DNA from: Eledone cirrhosa
Lineage: Eukaryota
DNA: 64,000 bases
Reading direction: 5' to 3'
NCBI GenBank assembly: GCA_964016885.1
Contig: OZ024750.1
Span: 22,506,001-22,570,000 of the forward strand
Shown: in pieces, positions 25,039 through 39,906 of the stretch
Position numbering within the stretch: the first letter of the stretch is position 1
How the letters are laid out: each line of letters opens with the position of its first letter
Notes under the pieces: generated by a model
The model's input: the letters and a program-made list of their open reading frames with translations, nothing else
The model's database searches: none
Told to the model about the DNA's origin: nothing
Position numbers and translations under genes: made by a program

Positions 25039-25726
25039 TTGGACCTCCGTCGATTCCGACGGTGAATGTTCTAGTTGTTCGATCAACGGAACAAACCTGC
25101 TCGTCAAATTAACATGCAAGTGGTTGAGAAATCAACAGACACGTGTAGCCTTAACATAGTTCACAGAGTGATTCAACGTGACAGTGTGTGGCAAGGCTGG
25201 TCTTTGAACCATAGACACATCCCATCATGTTTTATAGTTTAGGTGACTGAGTACTCCACAGACACGTGTAGTCTTAACGTAAATATCAGGGAGATTCACC
25301 GTGACACAGTATGTCTTACATGGCTGGACTTTTGAATTACAGATATAGTCCATCTGATGGGCGTTCAAACAATTTCCGTCTATCTAATTTCACTTACAAG
25401 GCTTAGCTGCCAGGAAGTGGGATCGAACTCGGATTTTAATGATTGCGAAGTAAACTTTTTAACCATTCGGGCATGCTGCGTCCACAGAGTTTGATATAGG
25501 CCACTGGTGTTAACGATCCTGGGTTAAGCAACAGTCAAACAAAATAAGTATGTGATTAGGGTCTCAAGTAGATGATGTGTTCACTTCACAGTCTATTGCA
25601 CGTGGAAGTGGAAATTGTAGTTAGATTTGAAGGAGTTTTGGCTGCTATTTCTAGAGCGACCACATAAAGGCCCCTTTGTTAGCGCTCAACGTTTGTAAAT
25701 AGAGACAGTGTATAATTTGTACCGAT

Positions 25727-25795
25727 CACACACGTGTGGTCTGTGTAATAAACTCTCCTTTTAGGAGAGTTGATTATACAGACCACACGTGTGTG
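25727..25795. repeat. Hairpin (about 31-bp arms)
   Basis: cacacacgtgtggtctgtgtaataaactctcc-tttta-ggagagttgattatacagaccacacgtgtgtg. Confidence 0.85.
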
Positions 25796-27581
25796 GTTTG
25801 TTCGTTTAACCAACATAATACCCAATTGCTGGAAAATTTATGCGTTTTTCGGTATGGAAAGCCAACGGGGACCAAATTAGCGTGCCATTTAAACATAATC
25901 TAACGAGGGGCTATTATGCATAATATATAGTGAATAGGATGCTTATTTTTAGTATCATACATTCATAGAAAATACGAGAGAGCCATAAGCCCTCACGGGA
26001 GCCAAGAGAATGAAGGCCAGGAGGTCTCTGCGTGGTCGCTCGATCTGTTAACTACAGCAGCCAAATTTGCCTTAATCACACACCGCTGTCTTAAATAATG
26101 AAAATAAATATTAACCTTTTTGATACCAAACCACCTGAAACCGTCCCTGGTTCTATGATAAAAAATTAAAACTGTTTTAAAGAGCTCATATTCAAATTTA
26201 AATCATCCATTACAATTTCATGTAATATCCTTTTGTTAAGTTATGTTCCAAATACCAGATAAATAACGAGAAAGTTAGTTATACTACCAAGTCCCTACAA
26301 ATTCTTGGTTATTTTCACAATTCATTGAAACACATAGGAAATGTATTTCATTAAAATTAAGGTAACTAAATGATGTAGCCCTTCAAACTCCTGAAAATAC
26401 GTGAAAGTTAAATTATACCTATTCGTCTTTAAAAAATAAAGGATACGTGATAATTCCCGGCATTTGGGGTTATTTTTATGTATGTGTGGATGTAAGTATG
26501 TGCCCGTAACTCCTAGTGGAATCGAAAGGGCACCGTCGTGATATACAGAGTGTCTTGGACACTTTACACCTAATGGAGGTATCTCCTCTCCAGGTCTGAA
26601 TAGCCGATTTCTTCCAGAAAAGGAGAGAGAGAGAGAGAGAAAAATAGAGAGTAAGAATTGATCTAAAGTACTTGACTGGTACCTTTTTTTTATCGACCTC
26701 GAAAGGATGAAAGGCACATTTAATCTCGGCGGCATTTGAACTCAGAGAGAGCAGAGAGCTGAAACGAATACCGCAAAGCATTCTATCTGACGATCTAACG
26801 CCTCAGCCAATTCATTCGACGCATGAGTGGGACGCTAATTAAATAAAATGTGTTGTGACATTAAGAAAAGAATTCACGAAAGTAAGTGAGAGCGACAATC
26901 TAAGTATATTCGGTCGCAATATAAAATGTAACTCTGGCTGTGGATCATGGTAAAAACATTTTGAAAAACGCTGACGTTGAGGTTCCCTCAGTAGCTCTTT
27001 GATATCAATAATTGATTGTGAACATAATGATTCCTCTAGACTTGTTGTTTTAAGTGAATTTATTTAATTTTGTCAGGGTCCTGAGGTTTTTCTGTTTTGA
27101 GACTTAGCAATTGAGTTTTCTGGTGTACGAAGGAACTGAAGTTGGGTAACTTAATGGTTTGGGTGTTCGGCTCATGATCGTAAAGGCGTAAGTTCGATTT
27201 CCAGCAGCGCGTTGTATCCTTGAGCAAGACACTTTATTCCACGTGGCTCCAGTCCTACTCAGCTGGAAAGAAATGTGTTGTACCTGTTATTCAAAATATT
27301 AGTCTTGTCACATACTGTATCAGATCTTCCTGAGAACTACGTTAAGGGTGTACGTATTTATGGAATGCTCAGCCATTTACACTATCATACATGTATTGTA
27401 CCTGTAAATCAAAGGGCCCGCCATGTTACACACACACTCTCACGCTGAATGTGTGTCTAAGAACTACGTTAAATATACACGTGCCTGTGGAATACTCAGT
27501 CAACTGCACGTGAATTTCATTGGAAGGCTGTTTCGATGAACAGATAACTGGAACACTCTTCGTCGGAACCGACGGAGGTGC

Positions 27582-27671
<90 letters not shown>

Positions 27672-27910
27672 CACACAGAGACAGAGACACAGGCACACAC
27701 AGAGACAGACACAGGCACAGAAAGACACACACACACACACACACACGCACAGAGACACACACATACAGAGACACAAACAGACACAGGCACAGAAAGAGAC
27801 ATTCAGACACACACACACGCACATATATACACACACATATATATATACACACAGAGACAGAGACACAGGCACACACAGAGACAGACACAGGCACAGAAAG
27901 ACACACACAG

Positions 27911-27949
<39 letters not shown>

Positions 27950-28007
27950 CACAGAGACACACACATACAGAGACACAAACAGACACAGGCACAGAAAGAG
28001 ACATTCA

Positions 28008-28055
<48 letters not shown>

Positions 28056-28230
28056 GAGGCACAGAGACACACGCACAATCACACGATGGAAGGAATCAGT
28101 TAAGGTTATGTGCTAGGTCAACGACGTGACACTATATTATCCTCAGGTTTGAATATTTAATCTCTGGTATTTCACATTAGTAGATTGATATTAATTATTA
28201 ATAATCAATCTTATAGCACACGTAAGAATA

Positions 28231-28592
28231 CACTCTAGTTAAAGAGTCAGACAGGATGGTTTGGTTTGCTGTATCTGTTCCCGTTCTATGTGTTCTGGGT
28301 TCAAATGCCGACCCCTTTTGCCAGGGGTTGTGACAGGCAGATAAATCTTATAGCACACTCTAGTTAAAGAGTCAGACAGGATGGTTTGGTTTGCTGTATC
28401 TGTTCCCGTTCTATGTGTTCTGGGTTCAAATGTCGACCCCTTTTGCCAGGGGTTGTGACAGGCAGATAAATCTTATAGCACACTCTAGTTAAAGAGTCAG
28501 ACAGGATGGTTTGGTTTGCTGTATCTGTTCCCGTTCTATGTGTTCTGGGTTCAAATGCCGACCCCTTCTGCCAGGGGTTGTGACAGGCAGAT
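28231..28592 (+). repeat. Three tandem 125-bp units, each with a tRNA/SINE-like B-box
   Basis: Unit starts at 28231, 28356 and 28481. Each contains GGGTTCAAATG(C/T)C. Confidence 0.9.
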
Positions 28593-28874
28593 AATATCAG
28601 TAATCGTAACAGTTGTTCTCTTTCCTACTAACGTCTCCAGCTTTCCTTCGAGAGGAATAGATTCTACACGTGGTGAAGACGTCAGGCAAGGCGGAGCTTG
28701 GACAATATTTAATAAGATAGGACTTTTAAAACACCGGACAGATAGGGGGTACGTCGTTATTCAATTCAATTCAATTCAATTCAATATATTTGGCAGAAAT
28801 TAAAACATAGATGCTTCAGATACCATGTAAGGAGGGAGGGGGGGGGGGCACATTTACACAGTCCGAAACACAGT

Positions 28875-29000
28875 GGTCCAACACCGGTCCAATTTCGCCT
28901 TGAATTGTTGCGTGGTTGTGGTTGACGCATTGACTACTTCTTCTGGAAGCCGATTCCAGGGTCCAGAGATGCGGATCGAGAAAGCAGCATTCCGTCTATG
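28875..29000 (-). mobile_element. CR1/L2-like LINE ORF2 C-terminal remnant
   Basis: Minus strand translates RRNAAFSIRISGPWNRLPEEVVNAS...FKAKLDR, matching the FS.R...WN.LP..VV.A...FK..LD signature. Confidence 0.7.
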
Positions 29001-29649
29001 CTACCGACGTGGCCCGTGGGACCGCCCACATAAAATGAAGGGAAAGGCAACTCGATTGAAGTGCTAGTAATGTAGCCAAATAAAAGGTTTAATTTTAGAA
29101 TAGACTTCTGTCGGTTTCGACGATGAGTGTTTTAGTTGCGGCTAAGCATAACGTAATTTTCATAGTGTGTGACAAGTCTGGCCCTTTGAATTTAAGGTAC
29201 AGTTCATCCGACGAGCTTCCAAACAGCTTCCATCTACCCAATTTCACTATCAAGGCATGGGTCCATCCGAGGCTATGGTAAATGACATTTGCCCAGCATT
29301 CCAGGCGGGGTAATTGAATTCGGAACTTTCGACTTACGATCGCAAGGTCATGAGTTCGATTCCTAGCAGTGTGTTGTGTCCTGGAGCGAGACACATTATT
29401 TCATGTTGCTCCATTTCACTCAGCTGATAAAAATGTGTTGTAATTCAACGCGCCGGTCTTGTGACACCCTATGTCTCTCAGAATATTCCCGAGAACTACG
29501 TTAAGGGTATACATTCCTGAGGAATGCTCAGCCACTTGCACGTTAATTTTACAAGCAGGCTCTTCCGTTGATTGCATCCACTGGCACATTCGTCGTCGGA
29601 ACCGACGAACGTCCAATACATAAATACATACATACATACATACATACAT

Positions 29650-30004
29650 GATGGCTGCCCCCTCGTTATCGAGTATGGCCATTGCACGATATAACAATTT
29701 TAATAATTATCAATTAAGCTATCGTGCGTGAAGATTTTTTTTTTTTTTAAGTGAGGTTAGACTGTGCACTGAGCCAATCCCACTCTCTGAGCGACAGTAG
29801 CTATAACCCGAAAAGAAGAAAAGATCAACATCATCGGTAACTACTGAGCCGCAGGTTTTATGTCAGAGTTATCCCAGTTTCCTGAGTTGCCTTCTCCTAG
29901 AAGAATGCCCTGAAAAATGATGGGGGGAGGGGGGGGGTCCTTCACTCCCAGTGGTTTAACCACGCGATCGGGTGTCCAGCCCCATTATTTCTAGGTCCCC
30001 GATT
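29650..30004 (-). mobile_element. Bipartite RTE-related short element (second family) inside (CATA)n
   Basis: Minus strand: GATGATGTTGATCTTTTCTTCTTTTCGGG...GAGAGTGGGATTGG...TGGCCATACTCGATAACGAGGGGGCAGCCATC(ATGT)n. A second copy lies at 33353-33700. Confidence 0.75.
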
Positions 30005-30220
30005 ACATACATACATACATACATACATAATATAACTGCATATGCACATGTACAGATACAAAGCGTATGCACATGCACACATACAACTCAAAACATCCAC
30101 ATCCACACATACAATAACATCCATACCTGACTACACATGCATGCATGCAGACATGCATGCATATCTACCTAGTTGATGTTGTGTAAATTCCAATGAGAGA
30201 GTCTTGTAACTATGTTAGAA

Positions 30221-30251
<31 letters not shown>

Positions 30252-30307
30252 ATTGGTAAAAAATTGTGAAATTATAAAACCAGAAGAACGTACATACATA
30301 CATACGC

Positions 30308-30354
<47 letters not shown>

Positions 30355-31039
30355 GTTTCTATCTTCGTGCTTCTTACTCACTGATTTTGGAAATGTTTGC
30401 TAAGTGCAATAGCTTTAAAGATGAAGTGTATAATACTACGTGGTTATATCTCTTTATAGTTTGATAGAATGTTTTTCTGTATAGTTTGATATCATATTAT
30501 CTCTGTACGCTGTTTGATATATAATATATCTGTCTGCATAATGTGATAAATGAGATAGCTTAACTGTTGAAGTATGTAATCATACTGGGTTATTTTATGT
30601 TTGCCTGTAAAGTATGATAAATGAGATAGTTTAACTGTTGAAGTGGGAGTATATATAAGACTAATTACATAAAATAGTTATTATATGTAACCTGATATAA
30701 CATGGTGGTGACTGCTATTGTTGTTGCTGTTGTTATTGCTGTTATTCTGGATATTACGAATGACTGTTTACAGCAGGGTTTCTTAAGGCGAGGGGCGTCG
30801 TAACGTTTTAGTGGGGCGTGGATTTCAGAACGTGGCATATATACTGCGCTATAATGTAACTTAACTTTGTCCAATCGTAACATGGGTCAGGTTTATTTTA
30901 TTTTATTTTATTTTTTGAAATATGAAGTGGAGCCTGGGGCAAAATAAAGGTTCAGTTCTCTCCACATCCACAGATGCAAAATCTTGGTACATCATCACTG
31001 TTACCTTCTTCTTTTTCTTTTTTCTTTTTTCTTTTTCTT

Positions 31040-31960
31040 CTTCTTCTTCTTCTTCTTCTTCTTCTTCTTCTTCTTCTTCTTCTTCTTCTTGTGACGCTAA
31101 ACTCCGCCAGTTGCAGACTGTGCATCAACATGTGATATCTCTCTCCACAAAGTTCGATCACCAGCAGCAGAGTTCAAAGATCAAGTCCAGTCCATAGGTT
31201 GACATTGTCAAGCCATCGTTTTGGCTGCCGGCCTCTGCTTCTCTTACCAACCAACCTTCCTTCCAGGCATAACCTACTCACACCACGAGTTGATCTTTTT
31301 ATATGACCGTATAGTTTGAGTACTCTTGACTTGACAATAGATGTAATTGGTCTAAATGTGGTAATGTTGAGCAGCTCACTGATACAGATACGGTCGCTGA
31401 GCTGCTTGCCAGTCATAAGTCTCATGATGTGGTTCTGGAATGTAAAGAGCTTCTGAAGTGACCTTGTCTTCAAATTAACACAGTCAAGACACCATATAAC
31501 ACAACTGGTAGGATGTAAGTATCAAAGATCTTAGCCTTCAAATGATAGGAAACTCGTTTTGATGTCAGTACTTCCTTGTTCTTGTTGAAAGCTGCCCGAC
31601 CTAGAGGGATTCGATACTGCGCACCGTTGTGGCCCGGTGCTATTGGGTGTTTCGAGTCTTACAACATACATTCTCATCAAGGTGACCCAACCGAGGGTGA
31701 TCAAACCACAGCCCTCTAGGTGCCCTTTCTGCAGCTTCCGCGTTGTTGTTGATGGCGCTCTTCCTGCTTACTCCAGTAGTGCCCAGACTTCCGAAGGATT
31801 TGCTAAGGGAATGAGCCTCAAACTCTCGGTTGCCAACCTCCACTGGCAAGCACCTGGTCCTTCACCCGCTCCTGTGACAGTCCTCCATAAATTCATGCTA
31901 CTTTCCTCTATTGCTCTCCTGACCCTCTCCCATCCTCTCCTCCCAGACAACAGCTAGCCA
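31040..31960 (-). mobile_element. Internally deleted RTE LINE (putative 5'UTR fused to ORF 3' part, (AAG)n tail)
   Basis: On the minus strand a GC-richer leader ending ACCCAATAGCACC joins RIPLGRAAFNKNKEVL...LKAKIFDTYILPVVLYG...KLYGHIKR...GKRSRGRQPKRWLDNV. It ends GTCAC(AAG)n. Confidence 0.85.
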
Positions 31961-31977
31961 TAAATACTGGTTTACAA

Positions 31978-32242
31978 TGATGTTGTTTTTGTTATAACTC
32001 TTGTTGTTAAGTTGTTGTTTTAGTTGTTGTTTTAGTTATTGTTGTTGTTGTTATAGTTAAAGTTGTTGTTTTAGTTATTGTTGTTATAGTTGTTGTTTTG
32101 GTAATTGTTGTTGTTGTTATAGCTATTGTTGTTGTTACAGCTATTGCTGTGTTGTTATTGCTATAACTGTTGTTGTGGTGGTTGTTATTGTTGTTATTGT
32201 TATAACTGTTGTTGTTGTTGTACTTGTTGTTGTTGTTGTTGA
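31978..32242. repeat. Degenerate (GTT)n
   Basis: Directly visible. Confidence 0.9.
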
Positions 32243-33352
32243 TACCACTAATGACTTTTTACGATGATTTACTACATCGTTTTATAGTTTATCTCCTATA
32301 TACAAATGGCTGACAGTTTTTATATGACTGATAAACTTGACTTTATTTTCTTTGTTATTTTCCGCTTTCTGAAGGTGCGTGGCTTAGATCTTAAGGTGTT
32401 CGGCTCACGTTCGTAAGCTCGTGCATGACGTATTCTTGCGCAAGATAACTCAGCCTTCTCACACACTGTCGAAAGTCGATTAAATTGACCCTAGTACTAC
32501 TTGACTAGTACTTTATTTTATGGACCATCCTCCAATGGATGAAAGGCAAAGTAAACCTCGACGGGATTTGAACTCAGAATATAAAGGGCCATAACTAAAT
32601 GTCACAAATCATTTTGTCAATCCACCTCCCTTTTCCTTAATAAATAATTGTTTCTACTTTTGGCACAAGGTGAGCAATTACCCAGTACATTACTGGTACT
32701 TTATTTTATCGACTCTGTAAGGATGAAAGGCAAAGTTAACCTCGCATTGCAATTTCCTTCAACATTTTATGACCTTTCTCATTTACCTGTTAATAGTAGT
32801 AGCTGTTAAACCCTAGGTCGGTTCTGATGGAGCAGACTTTTTGTCAGAGATATTCTAGTTGGCCATGATCATCTGAATAGGAATCTTGTACAGTATCAGA
32901 CATCATCAAAAAGCGTAGAGTCAGATACGTAGGTCATTGGTGGGGAACTAAAGATGAAATTGTTAGTGAAGTTCTTTTGAGGGAACCTACACAGGGCTAT
33001 AGGCGAATTGACTGAGTCGTTAGAACATTGGATAGAATGCTTTATGTTATTCGTTCTTGCTCTCTGAGTTCAAATCCCGCCGAGGTCAACTTTGCCTTTT
33101 ATCCTTTCGAGGTCGATAAAAAAAAGTACCAGTCCAGTACTGGGGTCGATTCTTCCTCTATATCTCTTTCTCATTTCCTCTCTCTCTCTCTCTCTCTCTC
33201 TGTCACTTTCTATCTTTCTCTGGAAGAAATCTGCTGTACCCAGGTCTGGAGAGGGGTGTGACCCACCACGCTTTAAATACCCAAGAAACGCCGTATGTCA
33301 ATGGGGCGCCCCTACGACTATATCAGGAGTTACGGGACCACACATACATACA

Positions 33353-33700
33353 TGATGGTTTCCCCCTCGTTATCGAGTATGGCCATTGTACAATATACTA
33401 TTATTAATAATTATTAATTAATTCTATCGTGCAATGCCTGTGCGTGAAGATATTTTTTAAAGTGAGGAAAGACTGTGCACTGAGCCAATCCCACTCTCTG
33501 AGCGACAATAGCTATAACCCGAAAAGAAGAAAAGATCAACATCATCGGTAACTACTGAGCCGCAGGTTTTATATCGGAGTTATCCCAGTTTCCTGAGTTG
33601 CCTTCTCCTAGAAGACTGCCCTGACAAAAGCTAGGGGTCCTTCACTCCCAGGGTGGAAGAACTCATAGGAGTCAACGGCCATCCGAAAGTGTGTAAATAT
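33353..33700 (-). mobile_element. Bipartite RTE-related short element (second family)
   Basis: Highly similar to 29650-29950. Confidence 0.75.
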
Positions 33701-33725
33701 GTATATACACACGTACTGCGCGGTT

Positions 33726-33833
<108 letters not shown>

Positions 33834-33844
33834 GCACACACACA

Positions 33845-33888
<44 letters not shown>

Positions 33889-36307
33889 CACATACATACA
33901 CAGAGCTAGCAGAGGACGACAAGCCATGACATATATCAAGCAGATTTGTGTCGACATAAACTGCAACCCCCTCCAACCCCTCCATCTTGCCGAATATGAT
34001 GAACAATAGAATTGGATGGCGCCAGACTGTCAAGGGAATCTCTGCAATCAATGGCACCCATTGATTGATTGATAAATATCTCGTCTTTTTATTTTCTAAT
34101 TTCGCTTTTTGAGATCTAGAACTACATTATTCAATGCGTTACTTTTGTATAATTATAATCAAGTCACTGGATGGCCATGGCATTGAAAGTGGTTTAACTA
34201 ATCTAATTTAATTTTATGTGTGTGTGTGTGTAATTTCTAACAGGGATGGCTTGTTGCTGTGGCAATAAAAAATAATTTAATGGATACTTTTTTATGGTTA
34301 CTCATGCATGTGACAACAATAGCAACAACAAAAGAAGGGAGCAAGATATATGTTTCAATTACATTAGTGTTTCTACGTGTTCAAACGTGATTTAACTGCT
34401 ATTTCTAGCAGATCTAATGGCAACATAAGCCGTCTACGTGGTAAAGGTCCTCTCCAATAGTAGTGATGAAAGATGATATTGATGTTGATGTTTAAATTCT
34501 AGTCAAGAATCTTAAGGAATTATATTGTGTCTGTCTGTACGTCTCTCCGTCATTATCCCCAGGCAGTTATATGTTGTCTCCACCAGTGTAGATATGTTTT
34601 AAAGAAGATTTGGCTGTTGTTTTTAGCAGATTTAGTGACCACGCAGTCAAGAATCTTAGGAATGGTATTATGTCTGTCTGTACATCTCTCCTTGTTTATC
34701 ATCAGATATTCAAAGTTGTCTCATCCGCTGTAGTGAGGTTTCTTCTCTGCTGTGTTGTCTTATCCAGCAATGAGGAAATAATTTGGCAATGGTCTGGTGT
34801 TAGTGTACAGTATCATCGTAGTGGGGGGAAGAAATAGAAAAAACGAGAGGGAGAGAGAGGAGAGGAACAAGAGAGCAATAGAGATAAAGGAAGCAAGAGA
34901 AAAAGAAGCGAGAGAGAGAGATGCAGGATATACATACAAGTAAAGAAAACGAAATATACAAATATACATACCGAGAAAGACTGCATATGTTTTAAAGGAA
35001 TAGAGTTGTTGATGCTCACTGCACTAAACATGATAACACTAACATCACTATCGTTTTTTTAAGTGGATGGCGTCCCTGAGTAATTTGCCCCAGTAATTTA
35101 AAAAGAAAACAAAAATCAAATGTTTATTATTTAGACCCACTTGTGTACAATATTGTACATATACTTAGTAATTTTCCTATCTCTACTTTAGTATGATGAA
35201 GTGTATGATTCGATAAAGAAGTCTAATAAGATAGAAAAATGTCCAGAGTTGTCTCCCGTTCTTGCTCAAAAGATTAAAATTATTTCAGTCACCGACTAAT
35301 TTTACTTTGTTTTTACTAGAAATTATTTCTAATTAGATTTTTATACTCACTGCATTAAAATATGTCAACACTTACCTCACTATTGTTTTTAATGCAGACA
35401 CTGCCTCTGAATCATTCACATCAGTGATATCTATATATATAAAGTTGTATTTAATAAATATACTTCACTTAGCTTATATATTGTTTTAATGTAAAAAAAC
35501 ATTAATAACAGTATTGAAATTCGCACCATTATACTAACTAGCTTACTGGCCAGTACACCATGACAGGAAGAAGGGCAGTGCTTATGCCCGTATTCAGGGC
35601 TTTGAAAACTGCTTGGAGGAAAGAAGGAATGCTTGCAACAAAATGGACTCCACCAAAGACACCCAAAGGTTGGATGCTTCTGGTGTTAAATACGGTGACG
35701 AGCTACGTCTACTACACAAATAGACCACAACAAGATTTGAACTGAGAATGTACAGAGCCGGAATAAATACTTCAATGCATCTCATCTGAAGTTCCAACAA
35801 TGAAGTACCAGTCCTTTGGTACTTCATTTTATCGATCCTGAAAGGATGAAAAACGAAGTTGAACTCTACGGGATTTGAACTCAGAACATTAAAGAGTCAG
35901 AACGATTAAGACAATGTATCTCGCCCAACACTAACAAGTCTGCCAATCTATTGCCCTAGGCTACTACTGTATTATATCGACACCCGAAAGGATGAAAGGA
36001 AAGATTGACGTTGATGGGATTTAAATTCAGAACGTAAGCTAAAGAAAAAAAAAAAGTAAAGGGCCCTTAACTACTAATGCCATGCCATCGTGACATACGG
36101 AGTGTCTATGGCATTCAAAACCTGGCGGACCTAAAACCGATTTCTGAGAGAGAGAGGGGGAGGGGGGGGAGATAGATAAATAGAGATAAATATATATATA
36201 TATTTATATATACTTAACTCTTTGAAATTAGAGATAGAACAGATACTCTATACCATTTCCTGTCAGCATGACTTGGCAAGCTATTTAGAACACTGGTTTG
36301 ACAACTT

Positions 36308-36350
36308 TATTCCCTCTGAAGAAGAGATATTATCTCGAAAATTTAGGACA
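36308..36350 (+). ncRNA. Minimal hammerhead-like motif inside a (TA)n-bounded module (36212-36445)
   Basis: CTGAAGA-A-GAGA tatta TCTC-GAAA-ATTTA followed by AATAAA. Stem I is weak. Confidence 0.45.
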
Positions 36351-36461
36351 TTTAAATAAATCTAAGGTAAAAGACTAATTATCAACAATATCTTTTGCAT
36401 TTGCATTCTTTATTCTATGTCCATACCTGCATTGTTTTGGCTTTATTATACATATACAAAC

Positions 36462-36596
<135 letters not shown>

Positions 36597-37187
36597 CAAT
36601 CCTAGTACAGGAATGGATGAACTTCATCGACCTTGAAAAAAATGAAAAGTAAAGTCGATGTCGGCGGGATTTGAGCTCAGAGAACGTGGTGAGCTGGAAC
36701 AAATATCGCAAAGCATTTGTCCAACGCTCTAACGATTCTACTAACCCACCGCCCCAAGAACAGAAACCTAGAAGGAGACGAAGAAAAAGAAGGGGAAAAA
36801 AGGAAGAAAATAAGCTAGACGTTAGAAGTTGTATGGCAAATGCCGTTTGTGTGAAACTCGTAAAAACGGTAAACGAGAGCGAAAGATAAAGAGATGTTAC
36901 GTCGCATGAAGGAGGTTTGTTTAGAGGTGGTGTCGGAGGTGGGGGAGAGCTATTGTATGTATGTGGGGTGGGGGTGGGGGGGGGGGGGTAAATAGATGTA
37001 TAGAGAAACAAAATAACTGTTTGAAAAAGATAGAATGAGATAGATAGATACATGGATAGATAGAACATGGATAGATAGAACATGGATAGATAGAACATGG
37101 ATAGATAGAACATGGATAGATAGATACATGAGTAAATTGGTAAAGTAAGAGATAGAATGAAGAGATGCAGATGGAGAATGCTAGGCA

Positions 37188-37191
37188 TATA

Positions 37192-37236
<45 letters not shown>

Positions 37237-37238
37237 GT

Positions 37239-37290
<52 letters not shown>

Positions 37291-37387
37291 TTATGTATGT
37301 ATGTATGTATGTATGTTTATATATATGTATGTATGTATGTATATATATATATACATATATATGTATGTATGTATGTATGTATGTGTG

Positions 37388-37418
<31 letters not shown>

Positions 37419-37525
37419 GTATGTATGTATGTATGTTTATATATATATGTATGTATGTATGTATGTTTATATATATATATATGTATGTATGTATGTATGT
37501 TTATATATATATATATGTATGTATG

Positions 37526-37556
<31 letters not shown>

Positions 37557-37587
37557 GTATGTTTATATATATATATATGTATGTATG

Positions 37588-37632
<45 letters not shown>

Positions 37633-37921
37633 TTATATATATATGTATGTATGTATGTATGTTTATATATATATATATGTATGTATGTATGTATATATAT
37701 ATATATACATATATATGTATGTATGTATATATGTATATATATACATATATATGTATGTATGTATATATATATATATATATACATATATATGTATGTATGT
37801 ATATATATATATATACATACGTTCAGCGCTTCGGTAGGGGTTCTCCTACATGGATATAAAGTAGTGGCCGTACTCGAAAACGAGTTGGCAGCCACCATAT
37901 ATACATATATATGTATGTATG

Positions 37922-37956
<35 letters not shown>

Positions 37957-38028
37957 ATGTATGTATGTATGTATATATAAGAGAATGGAATTAACCGAAC
38001 AGAGATGTGTGGACAAGATTATGGTCTG

Positions 38029-38076
<48 letters not shown>

Positions 38077-38181
38077 ATATGCATGTATGTATGTATATGT
38101 GTGTGTATGTATATATGTATGTATGTATATGTATGTGTGTGTGTGTGTATATATATATGTGTGTGTGTGTATGTATATGTA

Positions 38182-38214
<33 letters not shown>

Positions 38215-38282
38215 GTATGTATGTGTATGTGTGTGTATATATATAAATGTAAGTATGAACATATACATGTATACACACACAT

Positions 38283-38331
<49 letters not shown>

Positions 38332-38350
38332 CATATTAACATATATATAT
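37188..38350. repeat. Compound (TA)n/(ATGT)n/(TG)n microsatellite with an embedded RTE 3' tip (37819-37896)
   Basis: Directly visible. The embedded cgttcagcgc...gagttggcagccacc matches the RTE-derived 3' end. Confidence 0.9.
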
Positions 38351-38461
38351 GTATGGGTTATATCGAACATTAATAATAATGTTGTGTGTGTATGCGTGTT
38401 ATATAGATATATATATGTGTGTGTGTGTGTGTGTGATATTAGTCATCAGAACCCAATCACA

Positions 38462-38576
<115 letters not shown>

Positions 38577-38678
38577 GCAAATTAATAAAGATAGATTGAA
38601 CTAGAGAGGTAGATAGAGGGAAGTATTGGCTGAGTGTTAAAGGAAATAAATTAGTTGTGTTTACAGTTTGTGGAGAGA

Positions 38679-38709
<31 letters not shown>

Positions 38710-38710
38710 C

Positions 38711-38742
<32 letters not shown>

Positions 38743-39055
38743 AGATTGCAGAAACATGGTTCAAAGGGAAAAAAAAATGCAAATATAAATAAACAATAAT
38801 AATATTTAAAAAAAAAAGCAAAAATTAAAATAAAACAAAACAAAAGTGAGTCAAACTAAAAACAAAGCGGTAAGAGTTCAGCTGCAAAAATTGTTAGTAA
38901 ATAAACGAATATTATGTAATAGTGCCTGCACCAAGTAAGGATACAGATGGCTAAACTCAACAGCCATTTTTATTTCTTTGCGAAAGTCCTCATTCACACA
39001 TGTTAAATGTAACTTAATCTAGGAAATGTAAGTCATGTACCGTAATGTACTGTAG

Positions 39056-39445
39056 GTATATAGTATTTTACTGTACTGTACTGTACTGTAGTACTGTGCT
39101 GTAGTATATAGTATTTTACTGTACTGTACTGTACTGTAGTACTGTGCTGTAGTATATAGTATTTTACTGTACTGTACTGTACTGTAGTACTGTGCTGTAG
39201 TATATAGTATTTTACTGTACTGTACTGTACTGTAGTACTGTGCTGTAGTATATAGTATTTTACTGTACTGTACTGTACTGTAGTACTGTGCTGTAGTATA
39301 TAGTATTTTACTGTACTGTACTGTACTGTAGTACTGTACTGTAGGTATATAGTATTTTACTGTACTGTACTGTAGTACTGTGCTGTAGTATATAGTATTT
39401 TACTGTACTGTACTGTAGTACTGTGCTTTAGTATATAGTACTGTA
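39056..39445. repeat. 48-bp minisatellite built from (ACTGT)n, about 8 copies
   Basis: Unit GTATATAGTATTTTACTGTACTGTACTGTACTGTAGTACTGTGCTGTA. Confidence 0.92.
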
Positions 39446-39721
39446 CCGTGAGGAATATATATATATATAGTTGCAAACTATATATAGTACTGTACCGTGA
39501 GGAATATATATATATATAGTTGCAAACAAATCGAATATTATTATTAATCAGTAATGCACTGGGTAATTGCTGGCCTTGTGCCCAGATGTGAGAAAAACCA
39601 CAGACCCTCCATCTCAACTCACCTTTTGAAAAACAGAAGAACTGCGAAACCGGTAAAGGAACCAAATAAATATATATATTTTTTAAAAAAATAAGACTTC
39701 AGTTGCATTTTCGATTTCATC

Positions 39722-39816
<95 letters not shown>

Positions 39817-39864
39817 GAATAAATATGGTTTTATAAATATAGTTTACATTTATTAATATCATTG

Positions 39865-39906
<42 letters not shown>

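Noticed and set aside
35540-35745. Coding-like unique segment
   Set aside because: No recognisable protein motif in any frame and no clear splice sites.
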